Source: Haliotis cracherodii (lineage: Eukaryota). Taken from it: DNA of 64,000 bases. The stretch is taken from contig NW_027266275.1 of NCBI RefSeq assembly GCF_022045235.1, positions 18,042,001-18,106,000 on the forward strand. Direction: 5' to 3'. A model generated the notes under the pieces. The model saw only the letters and a program-made list of their open reading frames with translations. It had not been told where the DNA came from and did no database searches. Below are positions 1 through 11,374 of the stretch, piece after piece (position 1 is the first letter of the stretch; each line of letters starts with the position of its first letter). A program made the translations under genes and the position numbers.

Positions 1-561
1 CAGAGGAAACATAGTTAAGCTTATATAGCTGGAGGGGTGAAAAGTGCAGGCGTCGGAGTAGTAACTTCAGCTCGGGTGGTCGTCCATGTACATATTTGAA
101 ATGACTTTCAGATTAATCCAACCGCGACAGACAGATGTGGTCTTCAGTCATCAACGTCGAAAAAAGGCCAAGGACATTTAAGCAACTGTCACATTTTAAC
201 AGTTTGACACCGAATATATACGGTGTACGCCAACAACATATTATATATAGGTCTAAGCCAGGATGTATAGTTCACAACACAGGACATGTGCAGTCTGAAC
301 CAACGTGTATGATTAAGAATACGGGGTGTATACAGTCTAAGCCAGAACGTATTGTTGACAACAAAGTCAACATCACGTCAACTTTCGGTCTTAGGCAGAG
401 TGCAAAGTTGAAAGCACATGGTGTATATACTGCCTAAGACACAACGTGGCCTATTCGGTGTAAAACAGCACATATCATTGACAACACAGGGTGTGTATGT
501 CTTTGTTAGAACGTAAAGTTGACATTACAGTGTATGAGCCACTAAGCCAGACTGTCATTAC

Positions 562-567
562 TTTATT
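562..567 (-). promoter_or_regulatory. Candidate AATAAA polyadenylation signal of GPCR copy 1 (conserved in copies 2-4)
   Basis: tttatt ~100 nt downstream of the stop, retained in the diverged copy 4 (~20330). Confidence 0.5.
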
Positions 568-668
568 GGTGCAAAAAGTACGTATCCTGTTTTGGCGATA
601 TGGGTTGAGGCGTCATGGCGTCTTGCCGCTGCATGTCACACCCAAAACATCCTCCGGCGCATTTGAAC

Positions 669-1832
669 TTATGAAACTGTCGCAATAGACAACGTGGATA
701 CCTTAGTGTCACTTGCGCTTGTGTCTCCAGTGTACTTCCGGCTTGTTGGTTTCTTTATTGGACAGCATGTAATGACACGCTTGAATTCTTCACGCAACGG
801 CTGATTGGCCACGATGTAGATGATGAAGTTAGCGGAGGAGTTGACAATTTCAAGCCAAGTTGACATTATTCCGACGACCTTGTAAATATTGTTCCGAGTT
901 CTAGGGAAGCTGTATTCGTAGTCAAAGAGTTGTATGAGGATTAAAAGTGCACCTGGTGTCATGCAGAAGAAGAACAGAAGAGCCAGCCCCAACAATGTCT
1001 GAGTGATGCGCTGTTCTGCTGACGTCTCGTCGCGATTCTGATCCGTCATCTGGGAGCGCTCTGACTTGGAGCGGTACAGTCTCACAATGATGGCGATGTT
1101 GCAGATGATGACGACGGCGATGGGGGTGAAGCGAAGGAGGGCCGTTCTGACGATATAAAGCGCAGAATAGAAGTCCAAGTTTTTTCCTACCTCCGACAGT
1201 TTGAGAACTGTGGCCATTTGTGTCGAATTGGGTATAGGGACCTCAGTAGGCACGTACTCCAGGGAACTCGGAAGATATAAGGCTACAACCAGAAGACTGC
1301 AGATGAATATTGAAACTCCCATTGTCTTCCTTGTCCAAAGAGATTTAACTTTTAAAGGTAACACCACAGCGCACAACCTCTCCAGCGTCATAACTACGAT
1401 CAGTAAATTTGATGTACTACCGAAAACTGACATAAGAAAAGATCCAAAATATGGAAATGCTTTTTGTGAGATATAAAGTCCAGGTTTATAGTCTAACGCG
1501 ATGGAGATTCCGATCAGAGAGAAGAGTATCGTTCCAATGAGGTGTAGAAAGTCATAGACAGTTAGAGAGAGGAGAACCATCTTGGTTGTGTCCAGCATCT
1601 TGTGACGTAATAAGACCACAAAACTGATTGCGTTTCCGACAAGACCAATGAGGGCTGTTAAAGGCATGATGGACGTGTACATTACCATCCGGTAGATAAA
1701 CATGTCTTCAACAGGGATGACAAAGTAGCCGGGTGGATAAAATGATTTAGGCGCAGTGGCTGGTTCAGTGATGTTCAAGTCATCTTCTGTTCGATTTGGT
1801 AAAGCAGTGATCTCCATGGTAAAGTTTTCCAT
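669..1832 (-). CDS. Class A GPCR, FMRFamide/sex-peptide-receptor-like, copy 1 (387 aa)
   Basis: Seven hydrophobic segments with TM1 GN, TM2 LxxxD, ERL at the DRY position, TM6 CMTP, TM7 [10 protein letters not shown]-glycosylation sequons and an S/T-rich tail. The ORF-track start at 1868 is TTG; the ATG of MENF (1832) follows a tttacAG acceptor at 1844-1845. Confidence 0.92.
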   Translation of the reverse strand: MENFTMEITALPNRTEDDLNITEPATAPKSFYPPGYFVIPVEDMFIYRMVMYTSIMPLTALIGLVGNAISFVVLLRHKMLDTTKMVLLSLTVYDFLHLIGTILFSLIGISIALDYKPGLYISQKAFPYFGSFLMSVFGSTSNLLIVVMTLERLCAVVLPLKVKSLWTRKTMGVSIFICSLLVVALYLPSSLEYVPTEVPIPNSTQMATVLKLSEVGKNLDFYSALYIVRTALLRFTPIAVVIICNIAIIVRLYRSKSERSQMTDQNRDETSAEQRITQTLLGLALLFFFCMTPGALLILIQLFDYEYSFPRTRNNIYKVVGIMSTWLEIVNSSANFIIYIVANQPLREEFKRVITCCPIKKPTSRKYTGDTSASDTKVSTLSIATVS

Positions 1833-2543
1833 TGTAGCTGGATCTGTAAATGGGATAACAATTTTCAATGTTGATATTTTACATTTGACAGTTGTTGTAT
1901 AAAGCCTAAATTCTGTATTAATTTATCAAATTGACTTGTATATCCTTTGTGTAGGAGGTTGTCATGGTTATAAAACTAAAACCTTGTCATGCTTAAAGAG
2001 TAAACTATTGTTTGAAGTCAGTTACCGCAGTTTTGATATCGGTCGTTTGTATTCAGGTGCTACGGAGGAACATAGTGTTTACAATCTCGTGAAGTATCGA
2101 CGATGCATTAAGCTAAGGGTCACGACTGATCGATCACGATTACGATTGAAAAATAATGAAGGTAGGTGGGAGGAAATCGTAAAGTGTCCTATATATGATC
2201 CAGATGTAGAGGATGTATATTGTTTTAACTGTATGTGTCAATTGTGTCAATCACTAATATGCATACATTTAAAAATATAATTGCCCCAAACGGTCCTGAA
2301 CAAATCAAATCATTATGCTTGTTTGTTTATGATGCTTATGAAAGAAGGTTGTTTAGAATCATGTGTGTTACCGGTACTACACTTGTAAATTGTCATTTGT
2401 ATCTTTACATCTGACCTTCATACTGAATAAAGTAATGGTTGATTGATTAGTTCTGCAATACATTTTCAATTTATATTAATATGTATATAGGTTATCAGTA
2501 TTGTTTCAGTGCAAATTAAATGTATCTCTTAATGTGTTTTGTG

Positions 2544-2786
2544 ACGCGTGAAGATCGGGGGTAGAACAGGTCTCCAGCAACCCATGCTTAAAAGGCGACC
2601 TTGCTTGTCGTAAGAGGCAACTAACGGGATCGGGTGGTCAGGCTTTCTGACTTGGTTGAAACATGTCTGTGTGGATCGATGCTCATGATGTCAATCACTG
2701 CATTGTCTGTTCCAGACTCGATTATTTACAATATATTTACAATATTGCTGAGTTTGGCGCTAAACACCAAACAAACAAACAAAACA
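2544..2786 (+). mobile_element. SINE-like retroposon family A (gacccgtgaagatcc...(aaac)n); also duplicated at ~7315-7557 and ~12087-12329
   Basis: 14-bp TSD taatgtgttttgtg (2530-2543 / 2787-2800). Other copies at ~28920-29160, 32878-33045, 46140-46364 (-), 53015-54140 (split) and 61815-61959 (-). Confidence 0.8.
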
Positions 2787-3602
2787 TAATGTGTTTTGTG
2801 TATATTGTACCTGATATATTGTATTTCAAGCACTCTCAAATCTATCAAGAATTCCCTTGCTGCTAATTAAGTTTTGTCATTGTCATGTTTATCTCAATGG
2901 TTAGTGTCCAAGCTAACCCGTGAGATTAGGATGAGCCGAGTAAGAGTGAACACTATATCCATAGCCGTGTACATTTGGTAAGTGCACCAAGCATTAAGCC
3001 ATTTTGTGGGCTGGCTGGGATCTTGGAATGAACACCCTCTATGCTTTAAAGACCCCTCCATATATTTTGCCTAATGTTCTACAAAATAATTTCAGATATT
3101 TTGAAATAAAGTAGATAAATTGTTATTGTTTTAGAATCATCACGCTTTTGTTAAAAAGTTACGTATCAGCTCGACTGTTCGTTGAAACCACAACATGTCT
3201 CAAAATGGGGTTTGGTTTTAAGTGAAGAATATTTTCTGTTGTGATATAAACTGTAGTAATGGCTTTTTCGCAGATGAATGTTATAGCAACCACATGCTAA
3301 TATAGGCCTTAAGCGGAGTTACACGATTACATTATTATTTGTGCGAAATTAATTTGCAATAACTGAAACAAGTTACCACGGGATGATGGTCTGTTGCAAA
3401 CACTGGTTTATGAATGTACTTAGAGGCGATTGTCCTAAGTTGTAATACAGAGCTACACATTCTTTTTAAGAAGCGGATATTTCACCAATAAATTCAAATA
3501 AAGATAAACTATGAAGATACTACTGAAAAACAAACATTAAACAATAACACATCAAGAGACAATCGTTAAACAGGAATATGGTCGTAAGACGTTAACACAT
3601 AC

Positions 3603-3830
3603 CTGTAGGGCAAAGTAGCCTCTTCAAAGACAGGTGGGGAAGTGACAGCGAGTTATTAGTGAATCAAAGTAATATAACATCTCTTAATGAGCCAAATTGA
3701 TTTGAAACCATCACGATGTTTTCCGCCCTGATCAATTTTCAGTTGCCAAACGTTTATCACCACGGCTGCCAGAAAGGTGGTTTGTATTAATGCGTTCTTT
3801 GTGTGGCTTTTGGTCATCACGACGTGCTTG
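3603..3830 (-). other. Putative non-coding 5' exon/promoter block of GPCR copy 1 (donor CAG|GTATGT at 3603/3602; intron 1844-3602)
   Basis: Strong minus-strand donor (acatac|ctg). The block is conserved at 8374+ and, diverged, at 23712-23920 while the intervening intron is not. The upstream edge is approximate. Confidence 0.6.
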
Positions 3831-4232
3831 TCAAGAATCGTCTGAATGTTGATCCGCCGTGATATTGCTGGAATATTGCTTAAGGCATAAGTATAATAAG
3901 CTTAAGTATAATAATCATTGCATTCAAGTACAGGACTTGTTGGTGAATATTCAACATCGCCTTTATCACAAAATATTAAAGCAATCTTTAAGTTTTGTCA
4001 ACGTCGAAGACAGGGGTTTTACAATTTGTGTCATCGTGCCCCGAATGCGTGGATCTTTTGCTATGCTATTAGCAACTAGTCTTCTCGCCCGGATTATATA
4101 TTGACAACCATGACTTAACTTTAATATTGATGATTTGGGAGTGAAACAATATTCAAGCATATTTCACTGGACGGTAGGACGATGCATCGGACATTAGCAT
4201 ATCCCCTCCGCCTTCTTCTGGGGGATTTAATG

Positions 4233-4850
4233 TGTCATGCCCAAAACGTATGGACTAAATCAAACAAATTCTTGACTTATTTACCGACACAAGAATTGCA
4301 AAGCCCATAGCGTCACGGTGCTTAACTAACGATTACGCCGCCTACGCTCGAGACAGACCGACTGACCGATAACTTTAAGGCGCACATCCAAGGATAAATT
4401 AACTGAAGTTTAAGCATTTATTGACAGAAGACAATAACAACCTAGCTACATCACTGAAGCTTAAATTGAGCAATTAACAATAAGACTCACACAGTGTGAG
4501 GATGTCTGAACAGGCGAGTATACACAAGCTAGCAGTATTGAATGTAACAAGTCACTTCTAATACACATCCGATCCAATCTAAATACACAGAGAATATTAC
4601 AAATCTACACAGGTATACGTTGCCATGGCGCCAGTCTAGTCAGATTAACGGACAACGCTGGGCTCCAACCATCTGTTATGTAACCCGCTTCCATATAAAC
4701 ATCAGGTCAGAAACTCCTTTCGTTGGGGGAACCAACACGACTGTGCGAACTCAAGTTCGGGACTTTCTTGCAGAGGAAACATAGTTAAGCTTATATAGCT
4801 GGAGGGGTGAAAAGTGCAGGCGTCGGAGTAGTAACTTCAGCTCGGGTGGT
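4233..4850. repeat. Interspersed repeat, possibly LTR-like; homolog at ~19080-19510
   Basis: Starts with TG. The block taagactcacacag...tctgaacaggcgagtatacacaagctagcag is shared with 19144-19200. The LTR assignment is tentative. Confidence 0.4.
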
Positions 4851-5438
4851 CGTCCATGTACATATTTGAAATGACATTCAGATTAATCCAACCGCGACAG
4901 ACAGATGTGGTCTTCAGTCATCAACGTCGAAAAAAGGCCAAGGACATTTAAGCAACTGTCACATTTTAACAGTTTGACACCGAATATATACGGTGTACGC
5001 CAACAACATATTATATATAGGTCTAAGCCAGGATGTATAGTTCACAACACAGGACATGTGCAGTCTGAACCAACGTGTATGATTAAGAATACGGGGTGTA
5101 TACAGTCTAAGCCAGAACGTATTGTTGACAACAAAGTCAACATCACGTCAACTTTCGGTCTTAGGCAGAGTGCAAAGTTGAAAGCACATGGTGTATATAC
5201 TGCCTAAGACACAACGTGGCCTATTCGGTGTAAAACAGCACATATCATTGACAACACAGGGTGTGTATGTCTTTGTTAGAACGTAAAGTTGACATTACAG
5301 TGTATGAGCCACTAAGCCAGACTGTCATTACTTTATTGGTGCAAAAAGTACGTATCCTGTTTTGGCGATATGGGTTGAGGCGTCATGGCGTCTTGCCGCT
5401 GCATGTCACACCCAAAACATCCTCCGGCGCATTTGAAC

Positions 5439-6602
5439 TTATGAAACTGTCGCAATAGACAACGTGGATACCTTAGTGTCACTTGCGCTTGTGTCTCCAG
5501 TGTACTTCCGGCTTGTTGGTTTCTTTATTGGACAGCATGTAATGACACGCTTGAATTCTTCACGCAACGGCTGATTGGCCACGATGTAGATGATGAAGTT
5601 AGCGGAGGAGTTGACAATTTCAAGCCAAGTTGACATTATTCCGACGACCTTGTAAATATTGTTCCGAGTTCTAGGGAAGCTGTATTCGTAGTCAAAGAGT
5701 TGTATGAGGATTAAAAGTGCACCTGGTGTCATGCAGAAGAAGAACAGAAGAGCCAGCCCCAACAATGTCTGAGTGATGCGCTGTTCTGCTGACGTCTCGT
5801 CGCGATTCTGATCCGTCATCTGGGAGCGCTCTGACTTGGAGCGGTACAGTCTCACAATGATGGCGATGTTGCAGATGATGACGACGGCGATGGGGGTGAA
5901 GCGAAGGAGGGCCGTTCTGACGATATAAAGCGCAGAATAGAAGTCCAAGTTTTTTCCTACCTCCGACAGTTTGAGAACTGTGGCCATTTGTGTCGAATTG
6001 GGTATAGGGACCTCAGTAGGCACGTACTCCAGGGAACTCGGAAGATATAAGGCTACAACCAGAAGACTGCAGATGAATATTGAAACTCCCATTGTCTTCC
6101 TTGTCCAAAGTGATTTAACTTTTAAAGGTAACAACACAGCGCACAACCTCTCCAGCGTCATAACTACGATCAGTAAATTTGATGTACTACCGAAAACTGA
6201 CATAAGAAAAGATCCAAAATATGGAAATGCTTTTTGTGAGATATAAAGTCCAGGTTTATAGTCTAACGCGATGGAGATTCCGATCAGAGAGAAGAGTATC
6301 GTTCCAATGAGGTGTAGAAAGTCATAGACAGTTAGAGAGAGGAGAACCATCTTGGTTGTGTCCAGCATCTTGTGACGTAATAAGACCACAAAACTGATTG
6401 CGTTTCCGACAAGACCAATGAGGGCTGTTAAAGGCATGATGGACGTGTACATTACCATCCGGTAGATAAACACGGCTTCAGCTGGGATGACAAAGTAGCC
6501 GGGTGGATAAAATGATTTAGGCGCAGTGGCTGGTTCAGTGATGTTCAAGTCATCTTCTGTTCGATTTGGTAAAGCAGTGATCTCCATGGTAAAGTTTTCC
6601 AT
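5439..6602 (-). CDS. Class A GPCR copy 2 (387 aa)
   Basis: Intact ORF nearly identical to copy 1 (PAEAVF vs PVEDMF, AVLLP vs AVVLP). ATG at 6602 follows the same acceptor. Confidence 0.92.
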   Translation of the reverse strand: MENFTMEITALPNRTEDDLNITEPATAPKSFYPPGYFVIPAEAVFIYRMVMYTSIMPLTALIGLVGNAISFVVLLRHKMLDTTKMVLLSLTVYDFLHLIGTILFSLIGISIALDYKPGLYISQKAFPYFGSFLMSVFGSTSNLLIVVMTLERLCAVLLPLKVKSLWTRKTMGVSIFICSLLVVALYLPSSLEYVPTEVPIPNSTQMATVLKLSEVGKNLDFYSALYIVRTALLRFTPIAVVIICNIAIIVRLYRSKSERSQMTDQNRDETSAEQRITQTLLGLALLFFFCMTPGALLILIQLFDYEYSFPRTRNNIYKVVGIMSTWLEIVNSSANFIIYIVANQPLREEFKRVITCCPIKKPTSRKYTGDTSASDTKVSTLSIATVS

Positions 6603-8373
6603 TGTAGCTGGATCTGTAAATGGGATAACAATTTTCAATGTTGATATTTTACATTTGACAGTTGTTGTATAAAGCCTAAATTCTGTATTAATTTATCAAA
6701 TTGACTTGTATATCCTTTGTGTAGGAGGTTGTCATGGTTATAAAACTAAAACCTTGTCATGCTTAAAGAGTAAACTATTGTTTGAAGTCAGTTACCGCAG
6801 TTTTGATATCGGTCGTTTGTATTCAGGTGCTACGGAGGAACATAGTGTTTACAATCTCGTGAAGTATCGACGATGCATTAAGCTAAGGGTCACGACTGAT
6901 CGATCATGATTACGATTGAAAAATAATGAAGGTAGGTGGGAGGAAATCGTAAAGTGTCCTATATATGATCCAGGTGTAGAGGATGTATATTGTTTTAACT
7001 GTATGTGTCAATTGTGTCAATCACTAATATGCATACATTTAAAAATATAATTGCCCCAAACGGTCCTGAACAAATCAAATCATTATGCTTGTTTGTTTAT
7101 GATGCTTATGAAAGAAGGTTGTTTAGAATCATGTGTGTTACCGGTACTACACTTGTAAATTGTCATTTGTATCTTTACATCTGACCTTCATACTGAATAA
7201 AGTAATGGTTGATTGATTAGTTCTGCAATACATTTTCAATTTATATTAATATGTATATAGGTTATCAGTATTGTTTCATGTGCAAATTAAATGTATCTCT
7301 TAATGTGTTTTGTGACGCGTGAAGATCGGGGGTAGAACAGGTCTCCAGCAACCCATGCATAAAAGGCGACCTTGCTTGTCGTAAGAGGCAACTAACGGGA
7401 TCGGGTGGTCAGGCTTTCTGACTTGGTTGAAACATGTCTGTGTGGATCGATGCTCATGATGTCAATCACTGCATTGTCTGTTCCAGACTCGATTATTTAC
7501 AATATATTTACAATATTGCTGAGTTTGGCGTTAAACACCAAACAAACAAACAAAACATAATGTGTTTTGTGTATATTGTACCTGATATATTGTATTTCAA
7601 GCACTCTCAAATGTATCAAGAATTCCCTTGCTGCTAATTAAGTTTTGTCATTGTCATGTTTATCTCAATGGTTAGTGTCCAAGCTAACCCGTGAGATTAG
7701 GATGAGCCGAGTAAGAGTGAACACTATATCCATAGCCGTGTACATTTGGTAAGTGCACCAAGCATTAAGCCATTTTGTGGGCTGGCTGGGATCTTGGAAT
7801 GAACACCCTCTATGCTTTAAAGACCCCTCCATATATTTTGCCTAATGTTCTACAAAATAATTTCAGATATTTTGAAATAAAGTAGATAAATTGTTATTGT
7901 TTTAGAATCATCACGCTTTTGTTAAAAAGTTACGTATCAGCTCGACTGTTCGTTGAAACCACAACATGTCTCAAAATGGGGTTTGGTTTTAAGTGAAGAA
8001 TATTTTCTGTTGTGATATAAACTGTAGTAATGGCTTTTTCGCAGATGAATGTTATAGCAACCACATGCTAATATAGGCCTTAAGCGGAGTTACACGATTA
8101 CATTATTATTTGTGCGAAATTAATTTGCAATAACTGAAACAAGTTACCACGGGATGATGGTCTGTTGCAAACACTGGTTTATGAATGTACTTAGAGGCGA
8201 TTGTCCAAAGTTGTAATACAGAGCTACACATTCTTTTTAAGAAGCGGATATTTCACCAATAAATTCAAATAAAGATAAACTATGAAGATACTACTGAAAA
8301 ACAAACATTAAACAATAACACATCAAGAGACAATCGTTAAACAGGAATATGGTCGTAAGACGTTAACACATAC

Positions 8374-8600
8374 CTGTAGGGCAAAGTAGCCTCTTCAAAG
8401 ACAGGTGGGGAAGTGACAGCGAGTTATTAGTGAATCAAAGTAATATAACATCTCTTAATGAGCCAAATTGATTTGAAACCATCACGATGTTTTCCGCCCT
8501 GATCAATTTTCAGTTGCCAAACGTTTATCACCACGGCTGCCAGAAAGGTGGTTTGTATTAATGCGTTCTTTGTGTGGCTTTTGGTCATCACGACGTGCTT
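8374..8600 (-). other. Putative non-coding 5' exon of GPCR copy 2 (intron 6614-8373)
   Basis: Duplicate of 3603-3830. Confidence 0.6.
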
Positions 8601-10210
8601 GTCAAGAATCGTCTGAATGTTGATCCGCCGTGATATTGCTGGAATATTGCTTAAGGCATAAGTATAATAAGCTTAAGTATAATAATCATTGCATTCAAGT
8701 ACAGGACTTGTTGGTGAATATTCAACATCGCCTTTATCACAAAATATTAAAGCAATCTTTAAGTTTTGTCAACGTCGAAGACAGGGGTTTTACAATTTGT
8801 GTCATCGTGCCCCGAATGCGTGGATCTTTTGCTATGCTATTAGCAACTAGTCTTCTCGCCCGGATTATATATTGGCAACCATGACTTAACTTTAATATTG
8901 ATGATTGGGGACTGAAACAATATTCAAGCATATTTCACTTGACGGTAGGACGATGCATCGGACATTAGCATATCCTCTCCGCCTTCTTCTGGGGGATTTA
9001 ATGTGTCATGCCCAAAACGTATGGACAAAATCAAACAAATTCTTGACTTATTTACCGACACAAGAATTGCAAAGCCCATAGCGTCACGGTGCTTAACTAA
9101 CGATTACGCCGCCTACGCTCGAGACAGACCGACTGACCGATAACTTTAAGGCGCACATCCAAGGATAAATTAACTGAAGTTTAAGCATTTATTGACAGAA
9201 GACAATAACAACCTAGCTACATCATTGAAGCTTAAATTGAGCAATTAACAATAAGACTCACACAGTGTGAGGATGTCTGAACAGGCGAGTATACACAAGC
9301 TAGCAGTATTGAATGTAACAAGTCACTTCTAATACACATCCGATCCAATCTAAATACACAGAGAATATTACAAATCTACACAGGTATACGTTGCCATGGC
9401 GCCAGTCTAGTCAGATTAACGGACATCGCTGGGCTCCAACCATCTGTTATGGAACCCGCTTCCATATAAACATCAGGACAGAAACTCCTTTCGTTGGGGG
9501 AACCAACACGACTTGTGCGAACTCAAGTTCGGGATTTTCTTGCAGAGGAAACATAGTTAAGCTTATATAGCTGGAGGGGTGAAAAGTGCAGGCGTCGGAG
9601 TAGTAACTTCAGCTCGGGTGGTCGTCCATGTACATATTTGAAATGACATTCAGATTAATCCAACCGCGACAGACAGATGTGGTCTTCAGTCATCAACGTC
9701 GAAAAAAGGCCAAGGACATTTAAGCAACTGTCACATTTTAACAGTTTGACACCGAATATATACGGTGTACGCCAACAACATATTATATATAGGTCTAAGC
9801 CAGGATGTATAGTTCACAACACAGGACATGTGCAGTCTGAACCAACGTGTATGATTAAGAATACGGGGTGTATACAGTCTAAGCCAGAACGTATTGTTGA
9901 CAACAAAGTCAACATCACGTCAACTTTCGGTCTTAGGCAGAGTGCAAAGTTAAAAGCACATGGTGTATATACTGCCTAAGACACAACGTGGCCTATTCGG
10001 TGTAAAACAGCACATATCATTGACAACACAGGGTGTGTATGTCTTTGTTAGAACGTAAAGTTGACATTACAGTGTATGAGCCACTAAGCCAGACTGTCAT
10101 TACTTTATTGGTGCAAAAAGTACGTATCCTGTTTTGGCGATATGGGTTGAGGCGTCATGGCGTCTTGCCGCTGCATGTCACACCCAAAACATCCTCCGGC
10201 GCATTTGAAC

Positions 10211-11374
10211 TTATGAAACTGTCGCAATAGACAACGTGGATACCTTAGTGTCACTTGCGCTTGTGTCTCCAGTGTACTTCCGGCTTGTTGGTTTCTTTAT
10301 TGGACAGCATGTAATGACACGCTTGAATTCTTCACGCAACGGCTGATTGGCCACGATGTAGATGATGAAGTTAGCGGAGGAGTTGACAATTTCAAGCCAA
10401 GTTGACATTATTCCGACGACCTTGTAAATATTGTTCCGAGCTCTAGGGAAGCTGTATTCGTAGTCAAAGAGTTGTATGAGGATTAAAAGTGCACCTGGTG
10501 TCATGCAGAAGAAGAACAGAAGAGCCAGCCCCAACAATGTCTGAGTGATGCGCTGTTCTGCTGACGTCTCGTCGCGATTCTGATCCGTCATCTGGGAGCG
10601 CTCTGACTTGGAGCGGTACAGTCTCACAATGATGGCGATGTTGCAGATGATGACGACGGCGATGGGGATGAAGCGAAGGAGGGACATTCTGACGATATAA
10701 AGCGCAGAATAGAAGTCCAAGTTTTTTCCTACCTCCGACAGTTTGAGAACTGTGGCCATTTGTGTCGAATTGGGTATAGGGACCTCAGTAGGCACGTACT
10801 CCAGGGAACTCGGAAGATATAAGGCTACAACCAGAAGACTGCAGATGAATATTGAAACTCCCATTGTCTTCCTTGTCCAAAGTGATTTAACTTTTAAAGG
10901 TAACAACACAGCGCACAACCTCTCCAGCGTCATAACTACGATCAGTAAATTTGATGTACTACCGAAAACTGACATAAGAAAAGATCCAAAATATGGAAAT
11001 GCTTTTTGTGAGATATAAAGTCCAGGTTTATAGTCTAAAGCGATGGAGATTCCGATCAGAGAGAAGAGTATCGTTCCAATGAGGTGTAGAAAGTCATAGA
11101 CAGTTAGAGAGAGGAGAACCATCTTGGTTGTGTCCAGCATCTTGTGACGTAATAAGACCACAAAACTGATTGCGTTTCCGACAAGACCAATGAGGGCTGT
11201 TAAAGGCATGATGGACGTGTACATTACCATCCGGTAGATAAACACGGCTTCAGCTGGGATGACAAAGTAGCCGGGTGGATAAAATGATTTAGGCGCAGTG
11301 GCTGGTTCAGTGATGTTCAAGTCACCTTCTGTTCGATTTGGTAAAGCAGTGATCTCCATGGTAAAGTTTTCCAT
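10211..11374 (-). CDS. Class A GPCR copy 3 (387 aa)
   Basis: Intact ORF nearly identical to copies 1 and 2 (RMSLLRFIP vs RTALLRFTP). The upstream exon region present in copies 1 and 2 is missing. Confidence 0.88.
   Translation of the reverse strand: MENFTMEITALPNRTEGDLNITEPATAPKSFYPPGYFVIPAEAVFIYRMVMYTSIMPLTALIGLVGNAISFVVLLRHKMLDTTKMVLLSLTVYDFLHLIGTILFSLIGISIALDYKPGLYISQKAFPYFGSFLMSVFGSTSNLLIVVMTLERLCAVLLPLKVKSLWTRKTMGVSIFICSLLVVALYLPSSLEYVPTEVPIPNSTQMATVLKLSEVGKNLDFYSALYIVRMSLLRFIPIAVVIICNIAIIVRLYRSKSERSQMTDQNRDETSAEQRITQTLLGLALLFFFCMTPGALLILIQLFDYEYSFPRARNNIYKVVGIMSTWLEIVNSSANFIIYIVANQPLREEFKRVITCCPIKKPTSRKYTGDTSASDTKVSTLSIATVS

Noticed and set aside
135-688. Plus-strand 100-aa and 65-aa ORFs repeated in each unit (also 1201-1476 and 1936-2280)
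   Set aside because: No recognisable domains. They recur only because of the duplication or as antisense shadows, and 1936-2280 is broken by a stop in unit 2.
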